From Myxococcota bacterium (lineage in GTDB: Bacteria; Myxococcota_A; Polyangia; Polyangiales; Sandaracinaceae): 40,635 nucleotides of DNA. The notes below the pieces were generated by a model. The model did no database searches. It worked only from the letters and a program-made list of their open reading frames with translations, and was not told where the DNA came from. Each line of letters begins with the position of its first letter. The first letter of the stretch is position 1. A program made the translations under genes and the position numbers. Below are positions 1 through 8,625 of this stretch, in pieces. The stretch is from NCBI GenBank assembly GCA_036149055.1, contig JAYZQJ010000070.1:1-40635 (forward strand), written 5' to 3'.

Positions 1-200
1 CGCGCTCGCGCTGCGCGCGAGCTGGCCGCCCGCTGCCGCGGGATCGAACGGGGCGACGTCGCTGCGCTCGTCGCCTGCCGTCGCCTCGGGTCAGTGCCGT
101 GGAAGCGGGCGGGGGGCCCCGGCGCCATTGTTTGCCACCTCTCGACTCGATCGGGGCTGCGCACATGCCCCCTCCGAAGAGTAGGTCTATGGTTCGCGCG

Positions 201-1577
201 ATGAGCGCGACGAGCGAGAGCCGGGAGGCGCTGCTGGACCGAGCGGTCCGCGCCACGGACCACGAGACCCTCTGGGCGGCGCTCGAGCCGCTGAAGGGTC
301 GGCTCGCGGACGACCCGGCGGTGGCCCGGGCCTGGGCGGAGGCGCTCGGGGCTACCCCGCGCCGGGCGACGCTGCGGGAGGAGGCCGAGACCATCCTCGA
401 GGCGTGGGCCGCCGACCCCGGCATCGTCGGGGCGTGCTGCGACGCGCTGATCCGGGTGGAGGGCCGCCGGCCGGTGGACGAGCCGCCGCTCGAGGAGGGC
501 CCGGCGTCGATCGCGGCCACCGCCGCGGGGCGCTGCCTGGGCAAGCTCCCGGGCGAGCTCGGCGCCGATCCGGACGTCGGCGGCATGCTGCACGCGCTGC
601 GCGGCAACGCGCTCGGGCTGCTCGGGCCGAAGCGGGTCGACGACGCGGTGGCCGCGCTCGGTCGGGCGCTCGGCCTGGAGGACCGCCCCGCGTGGCGCTT
701 CGATCTCGGCCTCGTCTACAAGCGGGCCGGCCGCTTTCCGGACGCGCTCGAGGCGTTCCAGGCGGCGCGCCGCGGCGAGACCGAGCCGGGCAAGGGCACC
801 CTCTGGAACGTGGCGCTCTGCGCCACCGCGTGCGGCGACGGAGAGACCGCGGCCGACGCCTGGCGCGCGCTCGGCCTCCGCCCCGAGACGGGCAGCGGGC
901 TCCCCTTCGTCGAGGGGCTCGACCCGGTGCAGGTGCGCCTGCCCACCCTGGGCTCGGGTCAGGACCCGACCCGGGTGGTGCCCGAGGAGGCGGCCGGCTT
1001 CGAGGTCGTCTGGGTGCAGCCGCTGACCCCGTGCCACGGGGTGGTGCGCTCGCCGACCCACCGGGAGGCGGCGGCCGACTTCGGCGACGTGATCCTCTGG
1101 GACGGGGCCCCGATCGGGGTGCGCGAGATCGAAGGCCGGCCGGTGCCGCGCTTCCCGTTCCTCGGCCGCCTCAAGGCCGGTGACGAGCGCCGCTTCCGCT
1201 TCATGGCCCTCCAGCAGGAGGAGGGGCAGGTGGCCGCGGTCGGCGAGGCGTTGCCCGACGGCGCGATCCTCTACCCCCACGGAGAGCGCGTCGAGATGGT
1301 GTGCCCGCGCTGCGCCGCCGGCGACACCCTGGTCAAGCACGAGCACCTCCCGGCCGAGCAGCACCGGATCGTCTTCGGCAAGGTGGTCGTGCCGGCCGCG
1401 CTGCCGCTGCCGCGGTTCGCCGAGGCCCTCGACGCGGCCCGCGCCGGCCAGCCGGGGGTGCTCTTCGCGATCCCCGGGCTCTACGAGGCGCTCGGCGACA
1501 CCGCGCAGGCGGGCAAGCACCACAAGCGCTGGGGCACGATCGAGCGCACCGCGACCGCGCCCGGCAGCCGTCAGTGA
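201..1577 (+). CDS. Tetratricopeptide-repeat protein with a C-terminal CxxC/His motif
   Basis: TPR-like helices (AWRFDLGLVYKRAGRFPDALEAFQAA; TLWNVALCATACGD) and CPRC...KHEH near the C-terminus. Start moved from the ORF-track 99 to ATG 201, which follows TATGGT at 188-193; ATG 189 is an alternative. Confidence 0.75.
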   Translation: MSATSESREALLDRAVRATDHETLWAALEPLKGRLADDPAVARAWAEALGATPRRATLREEAETILEAWAADPGIVGACCDALIRVEGRRPVDEPPLEEGPASIAATAAGRCLGKLPGELGADPDVGGMLHALRGNALGLLGPKRVDDAVAALGRALGLEDRPAWRFDLGLVYKRAGRFPDALEAFQAARRGETEPGKGTLWNVALCATACGDGETAADAWRALGLRPETGSGLPFVEGLDPVQVRLPTLGSGQDPTRVVPEEAAGFEVVWVQPLTPCHGVVRSPTHREAAADFGDVILWDGAPIGVREIEGRPVPRFPFLGRLKAGDERRFRFMALQQEEGQVAAVGEALPDGAILYPHGERVEMVCPRCAAGDTLVKHEHLPAEQHRIVFGKVVVPAALPLPRFAEALDAARAGQPGVLFAIPGLYEALGDTAQAGKHHKRWGTIERTATAPGSRQ

Positions 1578-2395
1578 GCGAGCCCCGCGACTTCCTGCTG
1601 CCCTCCGAGCAGGTGGCGCACCCGGGGCTGCCGCGGCTGCCCGAGCCGGTCCTGCACGAGCGGCGCGAGCGGGTGTTCATCGTGCTCGCCGGGCTGTTCC
1701 TCGGCACGCTCGCGATGCTCAACATCCTCGGCATCACGCGCTTCATCGACCTCTCGTTCACGGTGCCGGGCCTCGGCTGGCGGGTGCCGATGCCGCTGGC
1801 GGTCGGCGTGCTGCCGTACCCGATCACCTTCCTCTGCACCGACCTCATCAGCGAGCTCTACGGCCGCAAGCGCGCCAACTTCGTGGTCACGGTCGGGCTG
1901 CTGCTCAACGCCTGGGTCGTCTTCATCCTCTGGCTCGGCGGCGCGCTCCCCGGCTTCGAGGGCGAGGACGCGAGCGGGGTGTTCTTCCAGGTCCGCGCGC
2001 TCGCGTTCGGCGCGGTCACCGCGTCGATGGCCGCCTACCTGGCCGCGCAGTACGTGGACGTGCAGCTCTTCCACTTCTGGAAGACGCTGACCCGCGGCAA
2101 GCACCTCTGGCTGCGCAACAACGGCTCGACCCTCGCCAGCCAGCTCGTCGACGCGGTCGCGGTCACCCTGGTGACCCACTTCCTCAGCCACGCCCTGCCG
2201 ATCGACGAGGGGGAGGCGCTCTGGCCGCAGCTGCTGACCTTCATCGCGGCCAGCTACACGTTCAAGCTGGTCACCGCGCTGCTGGACACCGGCCCGTTCT
2301 ACCTCCTCGTCCGTCTCCTGGGGCGATGGCTGCGGCTTCCGACGGGCAGCGAGGAGCCGGACGCGCCGGCGTCCGTGGTCGCGGAACGGGCTTGA
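1574..2395 (+). CDS. yhhQ: Queuosine precursor transporter (VUT/YhhQ family)
   Basis: Family motifs GVLPYPITFLCTDLISELYG.KRA, ASMAAYLAAQYVDVQLFH and LWLRNNGSTLASQLVD. The GTG start overlaps the upstream TGA (GTGA at 1574-1577). Confidence 0.9.
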   Translation: MSEPRDFLLPSEQVAHPGLPRLPEPVLHERRERVFIVLAGLFLGTLAMLNILGITRFIDLSFTVPGLGWRVPMPLAVGVLPYPITFLCTDLISELYGRKRANFVVTVGLLLNAWVVFILWLGGALPGFEGEDASGVFFQVRALAFGAVTASMAAYLAAQYVDVQLFHFWKTLTRGKHLWLRNNGSTLASQLVDAVAVTLVTHFLSHALPIDEGEALWPQLLTFIAASYTFKLVTALLDTGPFYLLVRLLGRWLRLPTGSEEPDAPASVVAERA

Positions 2396-2460
2396 CCGAT
2401 GTGCTACGTTCCCCGCCGGCCGAGGGCTTGGTGGGGCTCCGGCCAGAGATCGGAGGTCTC

Positions 2461-3060
2461 ATGAGACGGCGAATCTCGCTGGCGGCCCTCGGGCTTCTGG
2501 CGTGCATGGCTTGGCTGGGCGCCTCGAGCGCGTCCGCGACGGTGATGGTGGAGGTCCCGCTCGAGCAGCTCGTGCAGCGGGCGGACGCGATCGTGCACGC
2601 CACGGTCACGCGCACCGGCACCCGCATGGAGATGCGCGAGGGCGGCCTCGAGCCCCAGACGATCGTCACGCTGCGCGTGCACGAGTGGATCGCGGGGGAG
2701 GGCGGCGAGACCGTCACCCTCCGCGAGCTCGGCGGCACCTGGCAGGGCGGCGGCCTCCGCTACATCGGCACGCCCGAGTACGCGGTCGGCGAGGAGGTCG
2801 TGATCTTCCTCGAGCGCCGCGCCGAGGCGCCTCACGATCTGCGCACCCTGGAGATGGTCCAGGGCAAGTTCACCGTGCGCCACGGCGTGCCCGGCGTGCC
2901 CTCGACGGTGCAGCGCGATCTCGACGGGATCGCCTTCGCCCGCTGGGCCGACGGTCGCCAGACGGTGCAGCACGCCGGCGAGGACCCCGCGATGATGCTG
3001 GAGTCCTTCCTCGACTTCGTGCGCCAGGTCCGCCGCGACGCCTCCGGAGGTGCGCGATGA
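2461..3060 (+). CDS. Secreted beta-rich hypothetical protein of a type often adjacent or fused to matrixin domains
   Basis: GGAGG precedes the ATG; signal peptide MRRRISLAALGLLACMAWLGASSASA; pattern LEQLVQRADAIVHATV...LGG...GTPEYAVGEEVVIFLER; stop overlaps the next ATG. Confidence 0.75.
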   Translation: MRRRISLAALGLLACMAWLGASSASATVMVEVPLEQLVQRADAIVHATVTRTGTRMEMREGGLEPQTIVTLRVHEWIAGEGGETVTLRELGGTWQGGGLRYIGTPEYAVGEEVVIFLERRAEAPHDLRTLEMVQGKFTVRHGVPGVPSTVQRDLDGIAFARWADGRQTVQHAGEDPAMMLESFLDFVRQVRRDASGGAR

Positions 3061-4823
3061 GGCGCTCGGTCTTCGCGCTCTTCTTCTGCCTGGCGCTGCT
3101 CGCCGCGAGCACCGCCTTCGCCTGGCAGCCGATCGCGTCCGGGAGCCCCACCTGGAGCCCGCCGGTCCCGTACTCGCTGCACAGCGCCGGCTCGGCCGAC
3201 CTCGGCGGCTTCGGCCCGACCGAGACCGAGGTCCGGCGCGGCATGGACGACTGGACCCGCGTGTCCTGCACCAGCCTCACCACCCGCTACAACGGCAGCA
3301 CGTCGCGCACGCCCGGCAGCTACGAGGGCACCTCGACCATCGGCTGGGTGGAGTCCGGCTGGCGGCACGGCAGCAGCGCCATCGGCGTCACCGGGCCGCG
3401 CTGGGGCCGCAACATCATCGAAGCCGACATGGAGATGAACGGGGTCAACTTCACGTGGACCACCGCCGGCGGCAGCTTCAGCAACGTCAACACCTACTCG
3501 ATCGTGCTCCACGAGGGCGGCCACTACTACGGCCTCGGGCACACCAACGTGCGCGGCTCCTCGATGTGGCCGAGCTACGGCGGCGGCATCATCGGGCTCG
3601 GCCCCGATGACGAGAACGGCATCTGCGCCCTCTACCCGGGCAGCGGCACCGACTGCACGATGACCGGCTGCCCGAGCGGCCAGGAGTGCGTCGACGGCGC
3701 CTGTCAGGCGGTGGTCGGCGACGGCACCGTGTGCGCCCCCTGCACCGACTCCAGCCAGTGCGGCGGCCCGAGCGACTACTGCCTCGGCTACCCGGACGGC
3801 TCCGGCTACTGCGGCCGCGCCTGCGGCTCGGACGCGGACTGCGGCGGCGATCGCTGCGTCGGCACGAGCGCGGGCAACCAGTGCATCCGCGTGCAGGGCA
3901 GCTCCCCGAGCTGCGCCGGCGCGAGCCCCGGCGGCTGCACCCGGGACAGCGACTGCGCGGCGGACCAGATCTGCTCCGCCGGCACCTGCATGGCCCGCCC
4001 GACCGGCGGCGCGGGGCTCGGCGAGGCCTGCACGAACGACGACGCGTGCAACTCGGGCCTCTGCCTCGCGGGGACCTGCACCCAGAGCTGCGACTGGCTC
4101 AACCCGAGCGGCTCGTGCCCGGGCGGCTTCTACTGCGACGCCGACGCCTCGACGAGCTGTGACGTGGGCTACTGCGTGCGCGGCGGCGCGGGCGCGGGGG
4201 CCCTCGGCGCGAGCTGCAGCGCCGACACCGACTGCGCCACCCTGGTCTGCGACGGCGGGGTCTGCTCGCAGAGCTGCATCCCGGACGGCGCGGCGACCTG
4301 CCCGGCGGGCTACGCCTGTCAGGTCGGCACGCTGCCGTGTCGCGGCGCCTGCCGGGTCAGCGGCGCGCCGGGCGACGGCTGCGAGGTGAACGAGGACTGC
4401 ACCAGCGGCATCTGCGCGTCTCGCGGGGACGACCGCTTCTGCACCGAGCTCTGCTCGGACGAGACCCCGTGCCCCGACCGCTTCACCTGCACCCCGGTCG
4501 GGGAGAGCACCAGCGTCTGCGTCCCCGACTTCGGCGGCCTCGGCACGCCGTGCGAGGACAACGGCGAGTGCCTCAGCGGCATCTGCGCGGTCGAGGGGGA
4601 CGACACCTACTGCACCCGCCTCTGCGACGACACCACCCCGTGCCCCGGCGCGGACTTCGCCTGCGTGGCCACCGCCGATCCCGACGTGCGCATCTGTCAG
4701 CCGACGGCCGCGCCGAGCGGGGGCTGCGGCTGCCGCGTCACCGGCGGCCCCGCGCCGACCGGCTTCGGCGTGCTCGGCCTCCTGGCGCTCGGCCTCGGCC
4801 TGCTCCTGCGCCGCCGCCGCTGA
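3057..4823 (+). CDS. Matrixin (M10-like) zinc metalloprotease with Cys-rich repeats and MYXO-CTERM-type tail
   Basis: Signal peptide; HEGGHYYGLGH metzincin motif (3510-3542) and Met-turn SSMWP; many C-x4-C-x-SG-x-C repeats; C-terminal GGCGC-RV...hydrophobic-RRRR tail. ATGA overlap with the upstream gene. Confidence 0.88.
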   Translation: MRRSVFALFFCLALLAASTAFAWQPIASGSPTWSPPVPYSLHSAGSADLGGFGPTETEVRRGMDDWTRVSCTSLTTRYNGSTSRTPGSYEGTSTIGWVESGWRHGSSAIGVTGPRWGRNIIEADMEMNGVNFTWTTAGGSFSNVNTYSIVLHEGGHYYGLGHTNVRGSSMWPSYGGGIIGLGPDDENGICALYPGSGTDCTMTGCPSGQECVDGACQAVVGDGTVCAPCTDSSQCGGPSDYCLGYPDGSGYCGRACGSDADCGGDRCVGTSAGNQCIRVQGSSPSCAGASPGGCTRDSDCAADQICSAGTCMARPTGGAGLGEACTNDDACNSGLCLAGTCTQSCDWLNPSGSCPGGFYCDADASTSCDVGYCVRGGAGAGALGASCSADTDCATLVCDGGVCSQSCIPDGAATCPAGYACQVGTLPCRGACRVSGAPGDGCEVNEDCTSGICASRGDDRFCTELCSDETPCPDRFTCTPVGESTSVCVPDFGGLGTPCEDNGECLSGICAVEGDDTYCTRLCDDTTPCPGADFACVATADPDVRICQPTAAPSGGCGCRVTGGPAPTGFGVLGLLALGLGLLLRRRR

Positions 4824-4828
4824 GCGCT

Positions 4829-4871
4829 CCTTTGCCCGACCCCTGCCCGGGAGGGCGGGGGTCGACAAAGG
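4829..4871. terminator. GC-rich hairpin after the protease gene, possible terminator
   Basis: CGACCCC-TGCCC-GGGA-GGGCG-GGGGTCG stem-loop flanked by CCTTTG/CAAAGG. No U-tract on the + strand. Confidence 0.4.
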
Positions 4872-4902
4872 GGGGCGTCGACACCATGCTCGCCGCCCCC
4901 TC

Positions 4903-6663
4903 GTGAGCACTGTGAACGACGCGGCGGAGCGGCCCACGCTGTGGGGCGCCGTGCGGCCCTACCGGCGGCAGCTGGCGGTCGGGATCTTCTTCCTCCTCTG
5001 CACCAACGCAGCGGAGAAGTCGATCCCGTGGCTGCTCCAGCACGCCCTCGACGCGCTGCAGGCCGACGACCTGGAGACGGTGCGGGACTTCTCGCTCGTC
5101 GTCGTCGCGGTCGCGGCGGTGATGTGGCTGGTGCGCACGCTCTCGCGGGTCTGGATCTTCAACGTCGGGCGCGACGTCGAGTTCGATCTGCGCAACCGGG
5201 TGCTCGCGCGGATCCACCTCCTCGGGCCGAGCTTCTTCCGCAAGATGCCGACCGGCGAGATCATGAGCCGGGCGACGAACGACCTCGGGCAGCTGCGGCT
5301 GCTGGTCGGCTTCGCGGGGCTCAACGTCGTCAACTCGTCCATCGCCTTCGTGAGCGCGATCGCGCTGATGATCGCGATCAGCCCCGAGCTGACGATGTAC
5401 GCGCTCGCCCCGTACCCGCTGCTCATCCTCGCCACGCGGGGCTTCGGCTCGGCCATCTACCGGGCCTCGACCGACAACCAGGCCGCGCTCGGCCACCTCG
5501 CCGACCGGGCCAACGAGAACGTGGCCGGGGTGCGGCTGGTCCGGGCGATGGCCCTCGAGGGGCGCGAGCGCGACCGCTTCGGGCAGGCCAACGAGCGCGC
5601 GGTGGACACCACGATGCGGCTCGTGCTGCTCCGGGGCCTGATGTGGCCGGTGCTGCTCGGCGTCTCGTCGCTCGGCACCCTGATCGCGCTCTGGCTCGGC
5701 ATGCAGAAGGTCTTCGACGGCGAGCTGACGGTGGGGCAGTACGCCGCGTTCGACGCCTACCTGGCCTTGCTCGTCTGGCCGACCCTGGCGTTCGGCTACA
5801 TCCTCAGCGTCGTCCAGCGCGGCCGCGCGTCGTTCGAGCGGGTGGTCGAGATCCTCACCGCCGAGCCCGACGTGGTGGAGCCGGACGCGCCCGCGAAGGC
5901 CACCGGCCCCGGGGCGCTCTCGGTCGACGCGCTCTCCTTCGCCCACGGCGACACCCGCGTGCTCGACCGGGTCTCGATGGAGGTCGCGGCCGGCGGCTCG
6001 GTCGCGGTCCTCGGGCCGACCGGGAGCGGCAAGTCCACCCTCGCGGCGCTGCTCCCGCGGCTGCTGCCGACCCCGAAGGGGGCGGTCTCGCTCGACGGCG
6101 TCGACGTCACCGAGCTCGAGCTGCGCTCGCTGCGGGAGAGCGTCGGCTACGCGCAGCAGGAGCCCTTCCTCTTCTCCACCACCGTCGAGCGGAACCTCAA
6201 GCTCGCGCTCGACGACCCGGAGGCGCCCGACGCCGACGCGCGGATCCGGCACGCGGCGGCCGAGGCGTCGGTGCTCGACGAGGTGGAGTCGATGCCGGAC
6301 GGCTTCGCGACCATCGTCGGCGAGCGCGGGGTGCAGCTCTCGGGCGGCCAGCGGCAGCGCCTGTCGCTCGCCCGCGCGCTGCTCAACGAGCCGAAGGTGC
6401 TCGTGCTCGACGACCCCCTGAGCGCGGTCGACGCGGAGACCGAGTCGGACATCCTGGCCGCGCTCGACCGGGCCAAGCAGCACCGCACCTTCGTCCTGAT
6501 CACCAACCGGGTCGCCGCCGCGGCCCGCACCGATCGCATCCTGGTGCTCGACGAGGGCCGGATCGTCGAGTCGGGGACCCACGACGAGCTCGTCGCGTCG
6601 GACGGGCTCTACGCCCGCATCGCCGCGCGGCAGCGGCTGGAAGAGGAGCTGGCGGAGCTGTGA
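4903..6663 (+). CDS. ABC exporter half-transporter (TMD+NBD), subunit with degenerate catalytic residues
   Basis: Six-TM region; Walker A GPTGSGKST; signature LSGGQ; Walker B VLVLDD; switch ITNR. Confidence 0.93.
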   Translation: MSTVNDAAERPTLWGAVRPYRRQLAVGIFFLLCTNAAEKSIPWLLQHALDALQADDLETVRDFSLVVVAVAAVMWLVRTLSRVWIFNVGRDVEFDLRNRVLARIHLLGPSFFRKMPTGEIMSRATNDLGQLRLLVGFAGLNVVNSSIAFVSAIALMIAISPELTMYALAPYPLLILATRGFGSAIYRASTDNQAALGHLADRANENVAGVRLVRAMALEGRERDRFGQANERAVDTTMRLVLLRGLMWPVLLGVSSLGTLIALWLGMQKVFDGELTVGQYAAFDAYLALLVWPTLAFGYILSVVQRGRASFERVVEILTAEPDVVEPDAPAKATGPGALSVDALSFAHGDTRVLDRVSMEVAAGGSVAVLGPTGSGKSTLAALLPRLLPTPKGAVSLDGVDVTELELRSLRESVGYAQQEPFLFSTTVERNLKLALDDPEAPDADARIRHAAAEASVLDEVESMPDGFATIVGERGVQLSGGQRQRLSLARALLNEPKVLVLDDPLSAVDAETESDILAALDRAKQHRTFVLITNRVAAAARTDRILVLDEGRIVESGTHDELVASDGLYARIAARQRLEEELAEL

Positions 6664-8510
6664 GCGCCCGAGCCCAGGACGTCGCGCCGGCGCAGCTCGC
6701 GCCTCCCGAGGAGGAGCTCCGGCACGAGATGAACGCGGACCTGACGCTGCTCCGGCGGCTGGTCCCGTACGCCAAGCGGCACTGGGTGCTCTTCGGCGTC
6801 GCGTTCGCGATGATGCCGATCGCGAGCCTCGCGGCCCTCTACCAGGAGCTGCTCAAGAAGGACGCGATCGACGCGGCCATCGTCACCCACTCCACCGAGG
6901 CGCTGACCACCGCGGTGTGGCTCTTCCTGGTCAGCATCGTCGCCCAGTTCGCGGCGAGCTTCGCCCAGATCTACCTGATGCAGATGGCCGGCCAGCGGGT
7001 GCTCGCCCGGCTGCGCATGGACACCTTCGAGAAGATCCAGCGGCTCCACATCGACTACTTCGACCGGACCCCGGTCGGGAAGGTCGTCACCCGGGTCACC
7101 AACGACGCCGACACGCTCGGGGAGCTGTTCGCGTCGGGCGCGGTGCTCGCGCTCGCCGATCTCCTGATGCTGGTCGGCATCGTCGGCTTCATGTTCTACC
7201 TCGACTGGCGGCTGACCCTGGTGGCGCTCACCGCGCTGCCGCCGCTGCTGATCGTGGTGAACCTCTTCCGCCGCTTCGCGCGGGACGCCTTCCGCCGCAT
7301 CCGCACCCGCATCGCGCAGCTGAACGCCTACCTCGCCGAGCAGGTGCAGGGCGTGGCCATCGTGCAGGCGTTCGGGCGCGAGGCCGAGTGTCAGGCCGAG
7401 TACGCCCAGATCAACGCCGCCTACCGGGACGCCAACCACCAGTCCATCCGCTACGACGCGCTCCTCTACTCGGTGGTGGAGTCGGTCAGCGCGGTCACCA
7501 TCGCCCTCGTGCTCTGGTACGCGGCCGTCCGGCTCGGGGACCTGCCGATGGCGGAGACGGCGCCCTGGGTCGGCACGGTGGTGGCGTTCTACGGCTACAT
7601 CCGCCGCTTCTTCGTGCCCATCCGCGACCTGAGCCAGAAGTACACCATCGTGCAGTCGTCGCTGGCCGCGGCGGAGCGCATCTTCGCGGTGCTCGACCTC
7701 GAGGAGTACGACGCGCCGGCCGGGGTGCCGGTGCCGGAGCTGCCCGCCGATCCGGACGACGTGGCCCTGTCGTTCACCGACGTGACCTTCGGCTACCGCG
7801 AGGGCATCGAGATCCTGAAGGAGGTCTCCTTCGCCGCGAAGCGGGGCGAGAAGATCGCCATCGTCGGGGCGACGGGCGCGGGCAAGACCACCGTGACCTC
7901 GCTCCTGCTGCGCCTCTACGACGTCTGGGCGGGCAGCGTCCGGGTGGGGGGCGACGACGTCCGGACCCTGTCGCCGAGCGCGCTGCGGCGCCGGTTCGCG
8001 GTGGTGAGCCAGGACGTCTTCCTCTTCGCCGGCACCGTGCTCGAGAACGTCGCCGTCGGCGACGACACCCCGGACCCCGACCGGGTCGAGATGGCGCTGA
8101 AGCAGGTGGGCGCCTGGGACCTCGTCACGCGCCGCGCGGGCGGGATCGAGGGGCGGGTCGACGAGCGCGGGGCCAACTTCAGCGCCGGAGAGCGGCAGCT
8201 GCTCGCCTTCGCGCGGGCCCTCTACGTCGACCGGGACGTGCTGATCCTCGACGAGGCGACGGCCAGCATCGACAGCGAGACCGAGGCGAGGCTCCAGCGG
8301 GCGATCGAGCGCGTGCTCGAGAAGCGCACCGCCCTGATCATCGCCCACCGGCTCTCGACCATCCGGAAGGCCGACCGGATCCTGGTGTTCCACAAGGGCC
8401 GGATCGTCGAGCGCGGCACCCACCGGGAGCTCCTCGAGCGGGGCGGGGTCTACGCCCGGCTCCACCGGCTGCAGTTCGCCGAGACCGAGCTGACCGCCCC
8501 GGTCGCTTGA
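6660..8510 (+). CDS. ABC exporter half-transporter (TMD+NBD), partner subunit
   Basis: GATGAGKTT, FSAGERQ, LILDEAT and IAHRLST. GTG at 6660 overlaps the upstream TGA; ATG 6729 is an alternative start. Confidence 0.92.
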   Translation: MSARAQDVAPAQLAPPEEELRHEMNADLTLLRRLVPYAKRHWVLFGVAFAMMPIASLAALYQELLKKDAIDAAIVTHSTEALTTAVWLFLVSIVAQFAASFAQIYLMQMAGQRVLARLRMDTFEKIQRLHIDYFDRTPVGKVVTRVTNDADTLGELFASGAVLALADLLMLVGIVGFMFYLDWRLTLVALTALPPLLIVVNLFRRFARDAFRRIRTRIAQLNAYLAEQVQGVAIVQAFGREAECQAEYAQINAAYRDANHQSIRYDALLYSVVESVSAVTIALVLWYAAVRLGDLPMAETAPWVGTVVAFYGYIRRFFVPIRDLSQKYTIVQSSLAAAERIFAVLDLEEYDAPAGVPVPELPADPDDVALSFTDVTFGYREGIEILKEVSFAAKRGEKIAIVGATGAGKTTVTSLLLRLYDVWAGSVRVGGDDVRTLSPSALRRRFAVVSQDVFLFAGTVLENVAVGDDTPDPDRVEMALKQVGAWDLVTRRAGGIEGRVDERGANFSAGERQLLAFARALYVDRDVLILDEATASIDSETEARLQRAIERVLEKRTALIIAHRLSTIRKADRILVFHKGRIVERGTHRELLERGGVYARLHRLQFAETELTAPVA

Positions 8511-8625
8511 ACTCGCGCAAACCCAGGGGAATCGCTTATACTTCTCCGAATCGGCGCGGGGGAGGTCCTGGCGTCGTCGCCCCGCCGGGGCGGGGGATCA
8601 GCGGCTGGCGGCCGCTGGCGGGCCC

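Noticed and set aside
1..98. Short hairpins at the left edge (GCTCGCG-CTGCG-CGCGAGC; GGCGACG...CGTCGCC)
   Set aside because: Single truncated occurrence; 7-bp GC stems are common at this GC content.
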